Source: Eledone cirrhosa
Taxonomy: Eukaryota
NCBI GenBank assembly: GCA_964016885.1
Contig: OZ024751.1
Location: 6,076,001-6,140,000 of the forward strand
Length of the DNA: 64,000 nt
Direction: 5' to 3'
The notes below the pieces were generated by a model that was not told the DNA's origin, ran no database searches, and saw only the letters and a list, made by a program, of their open reading frames with translations. The position numbers and the translations under genes are program-made. How positions within the stretch are numbered: the first letter of the stretch is position 1; the number at the start of each line of letters is the position of its first letter. Shown piece after piece: positions 1-13,222 of the stretch.

Positions 1-739
1 GCATATCGAGTGAGTTAGTCAGCCGGGCGTACTGAAAACGATAAATGGAAAAAATGAAATTTCATTTCTCACTCTTAGTACGGCCGACTAACTCATTCGG
101 GCTGTTTGTTTACAAACAAACCGAGCATTATAATACATTTTCGGTAAACCCATACGTATATATATATGTGTGTGCATGTATGTATGTATATACATACTAC
201 TGTACGTCTGTATACATACATGTATGTACGTATACATACTTTTATTTAAGTATCAGCCCTACTAAGAGTGACAATTGAAATTTCACTTTTTCCATTTATC
301 CCTTTCGGTACGCCCGGCCGACTAACTCACTCGATATGCAAATTGGCTGCTCAGCCGTTAATATGCATAAGGAACGTATATACTTTCAAACTTTCAATCA
401 ACTGACAGGAAAGTATACGGTGCTGAAGTCAGCTAATAATGGCACGCAGCTAAACAATAATAGTTCATCGTTCGTTTATCAGTTTTGAACAAAATGGCAA
501 CGATGGTTGCCGAACACTGTACGGCTAATAATTCGGGCTGTTTGTTTACAAAGAAACCGAGCATTATAATAAATGTTTGGTAAACCCATACGTACATATA
601 TATATATGTGTGCATGTATGTATGTATATATACATACTACTGTAAGTCTGTATACATATATATATGTACGTGTACATACTTATATTTAAGTATCAGCCGT
701 ACTAAGAGTGATAAATGAAATTTCATTTTTTCCATTTAT
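1..739. repeat. End of a diverged sister array of the HHR satellite (436-bp unit) with an inverted terminal segment
   Basis: 1-80 is the reverse complement of 261-340. ATTCGGGCTG recurs at 95 and 531. Blocks such as GCATAT.GAGTGAGTTA, TTTCATTTCTCACTCTTAGTA and GGCTGCTCAGCCGTTAAT match the 9165-33172 monomer. Ends in (TA)n. Confidence 0.85.
417..471 (+). ncRNA. Degenerate or non-canonical hammerhead-like motif in the sister satellite
   Basis: ACGGTG/CATCGT stem I and AGCT/AGCT stem II are kept at the homologous position, but the core reads CTGAAGT...TAAAC instead of CTGANGA...GAAA. Confidence 0.45.
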
Positions 740-1149
740 ATATATATATATATGTGTGTGTGAGTGTGTGTGTATGTATGTATCTATATATATAATGAAT
801 TGTCACCGTACGTCTGTTAACAGATGGCTAATATGTTGAGCATATTATATTGAAATATACAGAGAAATCATATATATATGCAACCTGTTCCAGACTTACA
901 AAGATATAAGAACATATCTCCATAAATATCACCAGCATCGATAAATATCATCACCATCGATACCAAAAATGAAACTTTCAATTGTCCATTGAATGATGAA
1001 TATATATCATTTATTTGATACCAGTTATTATATGGTTTCCTTTACTGGATCCTCACATCAAATTAAAAAACTACGTATATAGTATTCACTTTTTCACCAG
1101 CCGCAACTGAATCATTATATAAAGTTTGCTTTAGAAATTTCATCGTCTT

Positions 1150-2330
1150 TTAAAAGTTCTCTGGATGATGGTATCTCGGGCGGGTCCGTACAAACTGTCT
1201 GCCATGACCTACAATCGGCGGTTCCTGCCCAGGCAGAAATCGGCCTCCAGGTCAACTCGGCCAAGTCGGGGATGGTAAATGTCAGCCACGATGCTGAGAG
1301 GTTTGCAGCCTAAACTCGGACGTGCAGTCCATTCTCCACCAGGTACAGGTGACCCCTAAAGAGGATGTCCTCATCCTCGGGTCACCGATAAACCGCCGGC
1401 CATCCGCTCCACCATCAGGTCCAGGCTTCAATAACTCCAGACTCTCACGAGCCGACTGGGCTTGATCAACGGCCACCCAGCTCTCTTTCTGTTGAGGAAC
1501 TGCTTCGCCATGTCGAAGCTCCTCCATACACTACGCAGCGCTCTCTGCTACACCCAGACTTCTCTCCTCGCTGACCTCGATACCTGTATCCGAGCAGCAG
1601 CCGAGGAGATATGAAACGTCAATTCTGACGACATTAGATGGCAACAGACCACTTTACCTGTCAAGTATGGTGGCTTTGGCCTCCAGTCCCCGATTTCACT
1701 GGCTTTGCTGGCGTATCTTTCGTCGGTAACCTCGTAACGCATCCTCGTCAGCAGGGTTCTCCAAAACACAATAGAACCCTCTGTGTTCAGAGAACGTGAG
1801 GCCGCCTGTGAGACATGGGACCGTTGGGACTCAGCCCAGTAGACGTCACTCCTCCTTCTCCGCCTTCCACGCATGCTGCCTTCAACGAGGTCATAAAGCA
1901 TGGCTTCGACGCTGCAGGTTTTCCTTCCCAGCTCAAGCCGGTGGGGCTGCACCAAGGGGAAAGCAAGAGGCCAGATGGCAGGACCATCTTCCCGTTCCGC
2001 GGTGTTAAACCCCTCGTCTGGGATGCCACCTGCACCGACACTTTCTGCAACCGCAAGCTGATGCAGTCTGCGATTAACCCGGGTTCTGCTGCACGTCGGG
2101 CTGACAAGGCTAAAGTCCTCAAATACCGGTCGCTCTCCGACTGGTTTGCTGTTGTACCCCTGGCAGGGGAGACTTCTGGTGTCCTTGGCCCGAGGGCTAC
2201 CTCCCTACTCACCACCATAGGCGCTGAGATAGCCAGCCGCAGGTGTAAGCCCCGCGAGTTGGAGTGGCCTTTCCAGCGCGTCTCCCTTGCTGTCCTTCCG
2301 GGGAAATGCCTTCTCCATTCTGACCGCCGG
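1150..2330 (+). mobile_element. Degraded non-LTR retrotransposon with restriction-like endonuclease, CRE-like
   Basis: GC-rich island. Frames give WQQTTLPVKYGGFGL and KRPDGRTIFPF..KPLVWDATCTDT...PLAGETSGVLGP (RLE PD..D motif), with stops and frameshifts. Confidence 0.75.
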
Positions 2331-2747
2331 GGCTGTGGCGGGGCCCCATGGCGTATCATTCCATATTTAGTTGTGGTCGGTGTTTGTATATATTGCATCT
2401 GTTTACATTCAGCATCATGTCATTCTTTATTGCTTTTCTCTGATATTATCTTCCATCAAAATAAAGAAACGAACACAAAATAAAATAATTAAAAAAAAAA
2501 AACATGACTGTGACGCTTTGTAATTGAACTGCAGTAAAGAACTTTCGGGATGTGGCTTCTTTCCAGGCTTCTTTTGAAACTGTGTTATCTTCACGATAAG
2601 CTGCTATGGGAAAGAAAAGTACTGGCATATACCGTGTAAGTATACATATATCATAAAGTGACACAAGTATACATCATTTACAGATGTCATAACCTTCTAT
2701 TAATTCTAATATCACTATTATATATTATTAATCAATCCTTACACCTG

Positions 2748-2885
2748 GGTTCAAATCTCGCCAAGGTTAGCTTTGACTTTCACCTTACGGGGTCGATAAA
2801 ATAAAGCACCAGTAACGCACTGGGGTCGATTCAATCAACATTCCCTACCACCAATATTGTTGACCTTGTTCCTGAATCAGAAAAT
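2748..2885 (+). mobile_element. 5'-truncated tRNA-derived SINE (family 1)
   Basis: B-box-like GGTTCAAATC followed by CTTTCACCTTACGGGGTCGATAAAATAAAG, shared with 51386-51570. Confidence 0.75.
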
Positions 2886-3313
2886 GTTATTAATATGTAA
2901 TAAGCCCTTTTCAAACGGTGCTAGTTCTCTAGCTCTATTCAGGAATAAATCTGAGTTGATATTAAAATAGTCAGTGGAGGCGATAGGTATCACTCCGTTG
3001 AAAACTAGGGTTTTCCATCTCAACCAGCAAACACCATTTACCGCTGTGTCTATCAGCAATTAAGTGGTGTTGGTGTGGCTATATTTTTGTGGAATAATAG
3101 ATCTTTTATAAAACCATCATATTGTATTGGGTTATAACCTTATATCTTTAGTGTGCTTAACTTGCCGGGCTAAAATATGCCAATCTTGGTACGAAAGACA
3201 AGAATTTGCTCCCCGTGTGCAGCTGTATGATTAGTGTTGAATGGAAACACAGTGCTCTTGCAAACTACAGAGCTGTAATATACATATATATATATTTATA
3301 TATATAAACATCA

Positions 3314-3383
<70 letters not shown>

Positions 3384-3401
3384 GCATGCACATATGTATA
3401 T

Positions 3402-3455
<54 letters not shown>

Positions 3456-4251
3456 GTGTCTGTGCGTATGTGTGTGTGGTTATATATTCGTTTGAATATG
3501 TAAATCCATTCGTCAAAAACACGCACAGAGATACATAGATAACTACACACACATATACACACACACACACATATATATATATGTGGGTGTATATGTGTGT
3601 GTATATATATATATGGTTACTGGACTCGGGAATGTCACGACAGAAGTTTGTGGAAGTTACACAAATATTTTAGTATATTTTAGCAGAGCAATCCTTATTT
3701 ATATTTTACATTTACTTACATCTCAATATAACATGGCTAGAATTCAAATTTTGCTAAGAGAAGAAAACGGTCAAATGAACTAGATACATCTCACTGTCCA
3801 CACCACCACAATAACGTCTACACTCTCTCCCCACCATCACATGTCATTACCATACCATACCCTATCGAGACTAAAGTCATCGACCTGTTGTCAAACCCTC
3901 TACTCTCTGATGAATGTATATATATATATGTGTGTGTATGTATATGTGTGTATATACATCACTCATATGTGTGTGTATGTATATGTGTGTATATACATCA
4001 CTCAGTCAAACAACCAGATTTCAACCCCAACATCTACAACAACAACAACACCGGCACTAATGTTTACAGCAACAACAGCTTCAGAATGAACTGAAATGAA
4101 CATTTACAACAATTACAACAACAACAACAACAGCGGCATCAAAACATAAAAAAAGGAAGGGAAAAGAAAAAAGAAAAGGGAAGGGAAAAAAAAAAAAAAA
4201 AAAAAAAAAAAAGGGAGAAAAAAAGAAAGGAAAAGAAAAACTCAAAATAAC

Positions 4252-4286
<35 letters not shown>

Positions 4287-4712
4287 CAGAACAACAACAT
4301 CAACTGCCACCACCGCCACCGCCGTCGCCATCACCATCACCAGCGACCTTAAGAACAACTTTAATAATAATTTTTCTGCTTTTGGCACGGATCCAGCGAC
4401 TGGTCAGCGCATCACTGGTACTCTCTTTTGTTGACTCCGTGGAGAGCCATAACTCTATGCTGTAAAGCAATTATAGTAATACTGGACTGTAATACGATCG
4501 GCTTCAACTATACAAACTCTTGAAAGTCAACAGTTGACATAATCTGGTAATCTTGTATCAGTAATGACGGTAATATATATATATATATGTGTGTGTGTGC
4601 GTGTAAGTGAGTAGAGTAGCGTGTGTGTGTGTTTGTTGTGTGTGTGAGTGTTGCTGTGTGCACGCATATGTATGCGTGTGTGTGTATGTCGTACGTATAA
4701 GTGTCAATAAGT

Positions 4713-4743
<31 letters not shown>

Positions 4744-4745
<2 letters not shown>

Positions 4746-5046
4746 GCGGGGACATAGAAATAATCGGGCTGGATGCCCGATCGCGCAGTTAAACCACTGG
4801 GAGTGAAGAACCCCTAGCCCATGTCAGGGTATTCTTCTAGGAGAAGGCATCTCAGGAAACTGGGTTAACTCCGATATAAAACCTGCGGCTCAGTAGTTAC
4901 CGATGATGTTGATCTTTTCTTCTTTTCGGGTTATAGCTACTGTCGCTCAGAGAGTGGGATTGGTTCAGTGCACAGTCTTTCCTCACTTTAAAAATATTCG
5001 TCACGCACAGGCATTGCACGAGTGCATTAATAATTATTAATAGTGT

Positions 5047-5081
<35 letters not shown>

Positions 5082-8000
5082 TATTATTACTTTTTTTTTT
5101 TTTTTTTTTTTTTTTTCCAATTCAATGATGTTCCAGAACAATGTAAACGAGATAATTGCCAATTTGGGTTCTGGAACAAAAGAGATCATTGGCAATAAGG
5201 GCAGGGGCCCCAAGTTATCACAACCTGGGCCCGCCCGTCATCGTGCCATTGTAATAGAGCCAAACAGGGCATTTAGTCTTGGCTGCTGGAACGTACGGAC
5301 GCTGCTTGACGGGGATTCTTTGGAGCGTCCTGAACGAAGGACCGCTCTTGTTGCGAAGGAGCTTCGACGTTACGATCTTGACATCGTGGCTTTGTCTGAG
5401 ACGAGGTTAGCTGGAGATGGTCATCTTGCGGAATTTTGTGGAGAATATACATTCTTCTGGAAAGGAAGAGATGAAGGAACCAGAAGAGAGGCTGGGGTGG
5501 GATTTGCTGTTAAGACTGTACTGGTGAATAAATTAGAAGAATTCCCAGTGGGGATTAGTGAGCGTCTTATGTCCATGAGAGTTCCGCTGGACAAGGGAAG
5601 ATATGCTACCCTGGTGAGTGTGTATGCTCCAACTATGAATTCTGTCGATGAAGAAAAACTGTCCTTTTACCATGCCTTGAAAGGTGTTTTAAGAAATATC
5701 CCTCAGGCAGACAAAGTCATCGTGCTTGGTGACTTTAATGCTAGAGTGGGTAGGGATTTTAACACATGGAATGTAATCGGAAGGCATGGGGTGGGAAAGT
5801 GTAACAGCAATGGTATGCTCTTGCTGCAGATGTGTGAGGAGCTAGATCTGTGTGTTACCAACACCATGTTCCAACAAAAGAACAAATTCAAGACCACATG
5901 GATGCATCCTGCATCTAAGGAATGGCATCTTTTGGACTACGTCCTAGTCAGGATGCGTGACAGACAGGATGTGCAGTGTGTTCGTGTTCTTCGTGGAGCT
6001 GAGTGCTGGACGGACCACCGCCTGGTGCGCGCAAAAGTGAATCTAATCACCAAACGTAAAATCCGGGCTCCTGGTGTTACCCTGCCCAAAAGATTGAATG
6101 CTGCTCGTCTTAAGGATAAAAATGTGAAGAGGACATTGGAAGAAGAGATGCAGGCTGCAGATCTTGGTGAGGATTGGCCGACCCTTAAAAAGTCGGTTTA
6201 TGATGTAGGCAGGCGTGTTCTGGGATTGGTGCAGAGAAAACATCAGGACTGGTTTAATGAGAATGATGTACATATAGAAGACTTGTTGGCTGATAAGAGG
6301 CGTGCTCTGTCACGCTACTTGACGGCAAAACCACAGGAGAGGAATACGTTGCATGAGGAGCTCAGGGATGTAAAATCACGTGTTAGGCGGAGTCTTTCTC
6401 AGATGAAGGATCAGTGGTGGAGTGAGAAGGCTGGTGAGATACAAACTGCGTCTGATTGCAATAACACAAAGCTGTTGTACAGTCTCTTGCGTGAGGTTTA
6501 TGGACCGTCTTCTTCTCTGGTGACACTGATTCGCAGCAGGGATGGCAAAGAACTTCTTCGTGACTCACAGGGAATTCTACGAAGGTGGCGAGAGCACTTT
6601 GATGATCTTTTGAATCAGCCGTCTGTCGTCAGTGAAGATTTCCTCAATCTCATTCCGGAAAGTCCTGTGAAAGTAGCTCTCGCAGAACCTCCGACACTTG
6701 TGGAGGTTGCAGTGGCTATTTCGAAGCTGAACAGTGGAAGATCTCCAGGTATGGATGGCATACATGCTGAGCTCCTACAATATGGTGGTGAGAGACTCCT
6801 GCAACATCTTCACTCTCTGTTTGGAAGGATATGGGCTAATGAATCCGTGCCTGAGGACTGGAGAGATGCAGTAATGGTGGTCTTGTACAAGGGAAAGGGT
6901 AACAGGAATGATTGTGGGAACTACAGAGGTATATCATTGCTTTCTGTCGTGGGGAAAGTTTTATGTAGGGTGCTTCTGGACCGTCTGCTGACACACATTG
7001 CAGATTGTGTCCTTCCTGAAAGTCAATCTGGTTTTCGTGTTGGACGCGGCACTACTGATATGATCTTCTCAGCTAGACAGCTCCAGGAGAAGTGCATTGA
7101 ACAGGGCTTGGATCTGTATCAGGTTTTTGTCGATCTGACAAAGGCTTTCGATACTGTCAACAGAGATGCATTATGGAAGATTCTCCAGAAACTTGGTTGC
7201 CCTGATAAGTTCCTTGCTTTAGTTAGGTCTTTCCATGACGACATGAGGGCTTGGGTTAATGTCGGAGGTAACATGTCGGAGCCTATCTCAGTAAAAAATG
7301 GAGTGAAACAGGGGGATATTCCAGCACCGACCCTGTTTGCCATATACTTTGCAATGGTTTTCTGTGTTGCATTCAGGAATTGCGAGCATGGTGTTTACAT
7401 CCGATATCGAACCTCAGGCAGCATATTTAACATCAGGCGCTTTGCTGCGAAGACAAAGGTATTTACATCGGTCATAAGAGACCTCTTGTATGCAGATGAT
7501 TGCGATCTTGTAGCGCACACAGAGAGTGATATGCAGCACATTTTGAATGTATTTTCTGACGCTTGCACTGCCCTGGGTTTGACTGTCAGTCTCAAGAAAA
7601 CCGTCGTCATGTACCAACCTGCACCTGGTAGGCAGTACACTGAACCAAACATCTATGTGTATGGCAAACGACTTGGAGTGGTTGATCAGTTTGTCTACCT
7701 GGGAAGCACTGTCAATCGATACGGCAACCTTGACAGTGAAATCTCACTTAGGATTAGGAAAGCAAGTGATGCTTTCGGAAAGCTAGAAAGGCGACTCTGG
7801 GGTCGGCGAGACATATGCAGGAGGACAAAGGTAAGGGTGTACAGGGCATGTGTACTCTCTTGTCTTCTTTATGCCTGCGAGACCTGGGTCACATATCGAC
7901 GCCACCTTAGGCAATTGGAGCGTTTCCATCAGATGTGTCTCAGACGGATACATGGCGTTCGCTGGAGGGACCACATCAGTGATGTCGAGATTTTGGAAAG

Positions 8001-8678
8001 CTCTATGTGTGACAGTATAGAAGCTCTTGTGCTTAAGCAGCGACTCCGTTGGAGTGGTCACCTTGCCAGGATGAAGGATTCTAGAATACCAAAACAACTC
8101 TTCTATGGAGAGTTGGTTAAAGGAAAACGACCGCCACATAAACCAAAAAAGAGGTATAAGGATTCCTTGAAGGCCTCTCTGAAAGACGCTAACATCTCTG
8201 CTGATACATGGGAAAATATTGCTGCTGATCGTAATAAATGGAGAAAGACTGTATATGAGGGAAAAGTTGCCTTTGAGGCATCTCGAATCGCACACGAGAA
8301 AGTAAAGCGGGACGTGAGGAAGGGTATTGCTGTTGCACTTCCAGACGGCGAGGGTCCTCCTATGTTTCTGACATGCAGCGTCTGTGCGAGACTCTGCCTA
8401 AGCAAAGCTGGACTCGAAAGTCATCTTCGCAGTCATAAAGTAAGACCAGTGGTTGACTACCAGGCTGCTGTTGGAGATGCTACTCATCATGCTTGCCAAA
8501 CATGTGGTAGAGAATGTAAATCAGCAGGAGGACTCAAGCGACATGCAAAAGTACACGAACTCCAACCACAGCCGACTATTCCCAGTAAATGTTTTGGTTG
8601 CCGACTCTGTGCAAGACATTTTAGATCATTGGCTGGGCTAAAAAGCCACATTCGATCGCAGCACTGTTAGTTGCTATC

Positions 8679-8716
<38 letters not shown>

Positions 8717-8795
8717 GCTTATGTGCGTGCGTGTGTGTGTATATATATATGAATATGTATATTATTGTTGTTGTTGTCGTTATTAATATTATTGC

Positions 8796-8841
<46 letters not shown>

Positions 8842-8961
8842 GTTATTAATGTATGTGTGTATATATGTGTGAGTGTATGTGTATGTATGTGTGTGTGTAT
8901 ATATGTATGTGTGTGTATGTATGTGTGTGTATATATATGTGTATGTATATATATATGTATA

Positions 8962-8994
<33 letters not shown>

Positions 8995-9025
8995 CTTTTC
9001 CCTTTTTTTTTTTTTTTTTTTTTTC

Positions 9026-9073
<48 letters not shown>

Positions 9074-9128
9074 TTTTTTTTTTTTTTTTTTTTATTGTGC
9101 AATGGCCATACTCGATAACGAGGGGGCA

Positions 9129-9136
<8 letters not shown>
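4744..9136 (+). mobile_element. Near full-length RTE-clade LINE
   Basis: 5' UTR 4744-5030 and 3' tail 9097-9136 are both homologous to 39906-40258. Single uninterrupted ORF. 3' end runs into (TA)n. Confidence 0.92.
5125..8670 (+). CDS. RTE LINE polyprotein: APE endonuclease, reverse transcriptase, three C2H2 zinc fingers (1181 aa)
   Basis: APE motifs WNVRTL, ALSETR, LGDFNARVG, LLDYVLV, WTDHRLV. RT motifs NYRGISLL, QSGFR, FVDLTKAFD, GVKQG, LLYADD, YLGS. Fingers CSVC..HLRSH, CQTC..HAKVH, CRLC..HIRSQH. Confidence 0.95.
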   Translation: MMFQNNVNEIIANLGSGTKEIIGNKGRGPKLSQPGPARHRAIVIEPNRAFSLGCWNVRTLLDGDSLERPERRTALVAKELRRYDLDIVALSETRLAGDGHLAEFCGEYTFFWKGRDEGTRREAGVGFAVKTVLVNKLEEFPVGISERLMSMRVPLDKGRYATLVSVYAPTMNSVDEEKLSFYHALKGVLRNIPQADKVIVLGDFNARVGRDFNTWNVIGRHGVGKCNSNGMLLLQMCEELDLCVTNTMFQQKNKFKTTWMHPASKEWHLLDYVLVRMRDRQDVQCVRVLRGAECWTDHRLVRAKVNLITKRKIRAPGVTLPKRLNAARLKDKNVKRTLEEEMQAADLGEDWPTLKKSVYDVGRRVLGLVQRKHQDWFNENDVHIEDLLADKRRALSRYLTAKPQERNTLHEELRDVKSRVRRSLSQMKDQWWSEKAGEIQTASDCNNTKLLYSLLREVYGPSSSLVTLIRSRDGKELLRDSQGILRRWREHFDDLLNQPSVVSEDFLNLIPESPVKVALAEPPTLVEVAVAISKLNSGRSPGMDGIHAELLQYGGERLLQHLHSLFGRIWANESVPEDWRDAVMVVLYKGKGNRNDCGNYRGISLLSVVGKVLCRVLLDRLLTHIADCVLPESQSGFRVGRGTTDMIFSARQLQEKCIEQGLDLYQVFVDLTKAFDTVNRDALWKILQKLGCPDKFLALVRSFHDDMRAWVNVGGNMSEPISVKNGVKQGDIPAPTLFAIYFAMVFCVAFRNCEHGVYIRYRTSGSIFNIRRFAAKTKVFTSVIRDLLYADDCDLVAHTESDMQHILNVFSDACTALGLTVSLKKTVVMYQPAPGRQYTEPNIYVYGKRLGVVDQFVYLGSTVNRYGNLDSEISLRIRKASDAFGKLERRLWGRRDICRRTKVRVYRACVLSCLLYACETWVTYRRHLRQLERFHQMCLRRIHGVRWRDHISDVEILESSMCDSIEALVLKQRLRWSGHLARMKDSRIPKQLFYGELVKGKRPPHKPKKRYKDSLKASLKDANISADTWENIAADRNKWRKTVYEGKVAFEASRIAHEKVKRDVRKGIAVALPDGEGPPMFLTCSVCARLCLSKAGLESHLRSHKVRPVVDYQAAVGDATHHACQTCGRECKSAGGLKRHAKVHELQPQPTIPSKCFGCRLCARHFRSLAGLKSHIRSQHC

Positions 9137-9169
<33 letters not shown>

Positions 9170-9219
9170 AGTATGTATGTATACGTACATACATATATGT
9201 ATACAGACGTACAGTAGCA

Positions 9220-9272
<53 letters not shown>

Positions 9273-9431
9273 GCATACAGGTAAACATACATATATGCAC
9301 GCATCAGTTTAGCCGACGTTTATTATAACGCCTGCTTTGTTCGTTTGTTTGTCAACAAACCGAACAGCCTGAATTTATGCCGTACGGTGTTAAGGCAACC
9401 ACGTCACCTTTTTGTTCAACACTGACACAGG

Positions 9432-9476
9432 AACGATGTACTAGCTTCAAGCTTGTTAGCTATCATCAGCACCGTT
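9432..9476 (-). ncRNA. Type I hammerhead ribozyme motif, first of 45 minus-strand array copies
   Basis: Reverse complement AACGGTG-CTGATGA-T-AGCT-AACA-AGCT-T-GAAG-CTAG-TA-CATCGTT. This edge copy has GAAG where other copies have GAAA. Confidence 0.75.
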
Positions 9477-9710
9477 TACCCATCTGCCAGATAGTTGAAC
9501 GTTCGAAAGTATATACTTTCCTTATGAAAATTAACGGCTGAGCAGCCTAATTTGCATATTGAGTGAGTTAAATCGGTCAGGCATACCGAAAACGATAAGT
9601 TGAAAAAAATGAAAACGAAATTTCATTTCTCACTCTTAGTATGGCACTTACTTAAATGTAAGTATGTATGTATACGTACATACATATATGTATACAGACG
9701 TACAGTAGCA

Positions 9711-9756
<46 letters not shown>

Positions 9757-10205
9757 TATACACATATGCATACAGGTACACATACATATATGCACGCATC
9801 AGTTTAGCCGACGTTTATTATAACGCCTGCTTTGTTCGTTTGTTTGTCAACAAACCGAACAGCCTGAATTTATGCCATACGGTGTTAAGGCAACCACGTC
9901 ACCTTTTTGTTCCACACTGACACAGGAACCATGTACTAGTTTCAAGCTTGTTAGCTATCATCAGCACCGTTTACCCATCTGCCAGATAGTTGAACGTTCG
10001 AAAGTATATACTTTCCTTATGAAAATTAACGGCTGGGCAGCCTAATTTGCATATTGAGTGAGTTAAATCGGTCAGGCATACCGAAAACGATAAGTTGAAA
10101 AAAATAAAAACGAAATTTCATTTCTCAATCTTAGTATGGCACTTACTTAAATGTAAGTATGTATGTATACGTACATACATATATGTATACAGACGTACAG
10201 TAGCA

Positions 10206-10261
<56 letters not shown>

Positions 10262-11668
10262 TATACACATATGCATACAGGTACACATACATATATGCAC
10301 GCATCAGTTTAGCCGACGTTTATTATAACTCCTGCTTTGTTCGTTTGTTTGTCAACAAACCGAACAGCCTGAATTTATGCCATACGGTGTTAAGGCAACC
10401 ACGTCACCTTTTTGTTCAACACTGACACAGGAACGATGTACTACTTTCAAGCTTGTTAGCTATCATCATCACCGTTCACCCATCTGCCAGATAGTTGAAC
10501 GTTCGAAAGTATATACTTTCCTTATGAAAATTAACGGCTGAGCAGCCTAATTTGCATATTGAGTGAGTTAAATCGGTCAGGCATACCGAAAACGATAAGT
10601 TTAAAAAAATAAAAACGAAATTTCATTTCTCACTCTTAGTATGGCACTTACTTAAATGTAAGTATGTATGTATACGTACATACATATATGTATACAGACG
10701 TACAGTAGCATGCATATATATATATATATATATACATATATATACACATATGCATACAGGTACACATACATATATGCACGCATCAGTTTAGCCGACGTTT
10801 ATTATAACGCCTGCTTTGTTCGTTTGTTTGTCAACAAACCGAACAGCCTGAATTTATGCCATACGGTGTTAAGGCAACCACGTCACCTTTTTGTTCAACA
10901 CTGACACAGGAACGATGTACTACTTTCAAGCTTGTTAGCTATCATCAGCACCGTTTACCCATCTGCCAGATAGTTGAACGTTCGAAAGTATATACTTTCC
11001 TTAGGAAAATTAACGGCTGAGCAGCCTAATTTGCATATTGAGTGAGTTAAATCGGTCAGGCATACCGAAAACGATAAGTTGAAAAAAATGATGACGAAAT
11101 TTCATTTCTCACTCTTAGTATGGCACTTACTTAAATGTAAGTATGTATGTATACGTACATACATATATGTATACAGACGTACAGTAGCATGCATATATAT
11201 ATATATATATACATATATATACACATATGCATACAGGTACACATACATATATGCACGCATCAGTTTAGCCGACGTTTATTATAACGCCTGCTTTGTTCGT
11301 TTGTTTGTCAACAAACCGAACAGCCTGAATTTATGCCATACGGTGTTAAGGCAACCACGTCACCTTTTTGTTCAACACTGACACAGGAACGATGTACTAC
11401 TTTCAAGCTTGTTAGCTATCATCAGCACCGTTTACCCATCTACCAGATAGTTGAACGTTTGAAAGTATATACTTTCCTCATGAAAATTAACGGCTGAGCA
11501 GCCTAATTTGCATATTGAGTGAGTTAAATCAGTCAGGCATACCGAAAACGATAAGTTGAAAAAAATAAAAACGAAATTTCATTTCTCACTCTTAGTATGG
11601 CACTTACTTAAATGTAAGTATGTATGTATACGTACATACATATATGTATACAGACGTACAGTAGCATG

Positions 11669-11754
<86 letters not shown>

Positions 11755-12206
11755 TATACACATATGCATACAGGTACACATACATATATGCACGCATCAG
11801 TTTAGCCGACGTTTATTATAACGCCTGCTTTGTTCGTTTGTTTGTCAACAAACCGAACAGCCTGAATTTATGCCATACGGTGTTAAGGCAACCACGTCAT
11901 CTTTTTGTTCCACACTGACAGAGGAACGATGTACTAGTTTCAAGCTTGTTAGCTATCATCAGCACCGTTTACCCATCTGCCAGATAGTTGAACGTTCGAA
12001 AGTATATACTTTCCTTAGGAAAATTAACGGCTGAGCAGCCTAATTTGCATATTGAGTGAGTTAAATCGGTCAGGCATACCGAAAACGATAAGTTGAAAAA
12101 AATAAAAACGAAATTTCATTTCTCACTCTTAGTATGGCACTTACTTAAATGTAAGTATGTATGTATACGTACATACATATATGTATACAGACGTACAGTA
12201 GCATGC

Positions 12207-12237
<31 letters not shown>

Positions 12238-12688
12238 TATACACATATGCATACAGGTACACATACATATATGCACGCATCAGTTTAGCCGACGTTTATT
12301 ATAACGCCTGCTTTGTTCGTTTGTTTGTCAACAAACTGAACAGCCTGAATTTATCCCATACGGTGTTAAGGCAACCACGTCACCTTTTTGTTCCACACTG
12401 ACACAGGGACGATGTACCAGTTTCAAGCTTGTTAGCTATCATCAGCACCGTTTACCCATCTGCCAGATAGTTGAACGTTCGAAAGTATATACTTTCCTTA
12501 TGAAAATTAACGGCTGAGCAGCCTAATTTGCATGTTGAGTGAGTTAAATCGGTCACAATACCGAAAACGATAAGTTGAAAAAAATGAAAACGAAATTTCA
12601 TTTCTCACTCTTAGTATGGCACTTACTTAAATGTAAGTATGTATGTATACGTACATACATATATGTATACAGACGTACAGTAGCATGC

Positions 12689-12719
<31 letters not shown>

Positions 12720-13168
12720 TATACACATATGCATACAGGTACACATACATATATGCACGCATCAGTTTAGCCGACGTTTATTATAACGCCTGCTTTGTTC
12801 GTTTGTTTGTCAACAAACCGAACAGCCTGAATTTATGCCATACGGTGTTAAGGCAACCACGTCACCTTTTTGTTCCACACTGACACAGGAACGATGTACT
12901 AGTTTCAAGCTTGTTAGCTATCATCAGCACCGTTTACCCATCTGCCAGATAGTTGAACGTTCGAAAGTATATACTTTCCTTATGAAAATTAACGGCTGAG
13001 CAGCCTAATTTGCATATTGAGTGAGTTAAATCCGTCAGGCATACCGAAAACGATAAGTTGAAAAAAATAAAAACGAAATTTCATTTCTCACTCTTAGTAT
13101 GGCACTTACTTAAATGTAAGTATGTATGTATACGTACATACATATGTGTATACAGACGTACAGTAGCA

Positions 13169-13222
<54 letters not shown>

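Noticed and set aside
880-1120. Possible Penelope linker remnant (NCPLNDE)
   Set aside because: Too short and degraded to support.
3895-3920. CTGATGA hammerhead box
   Set aside because: Runs into microsatellite with no stem II or GAAA partner. At most a truncated remnant.
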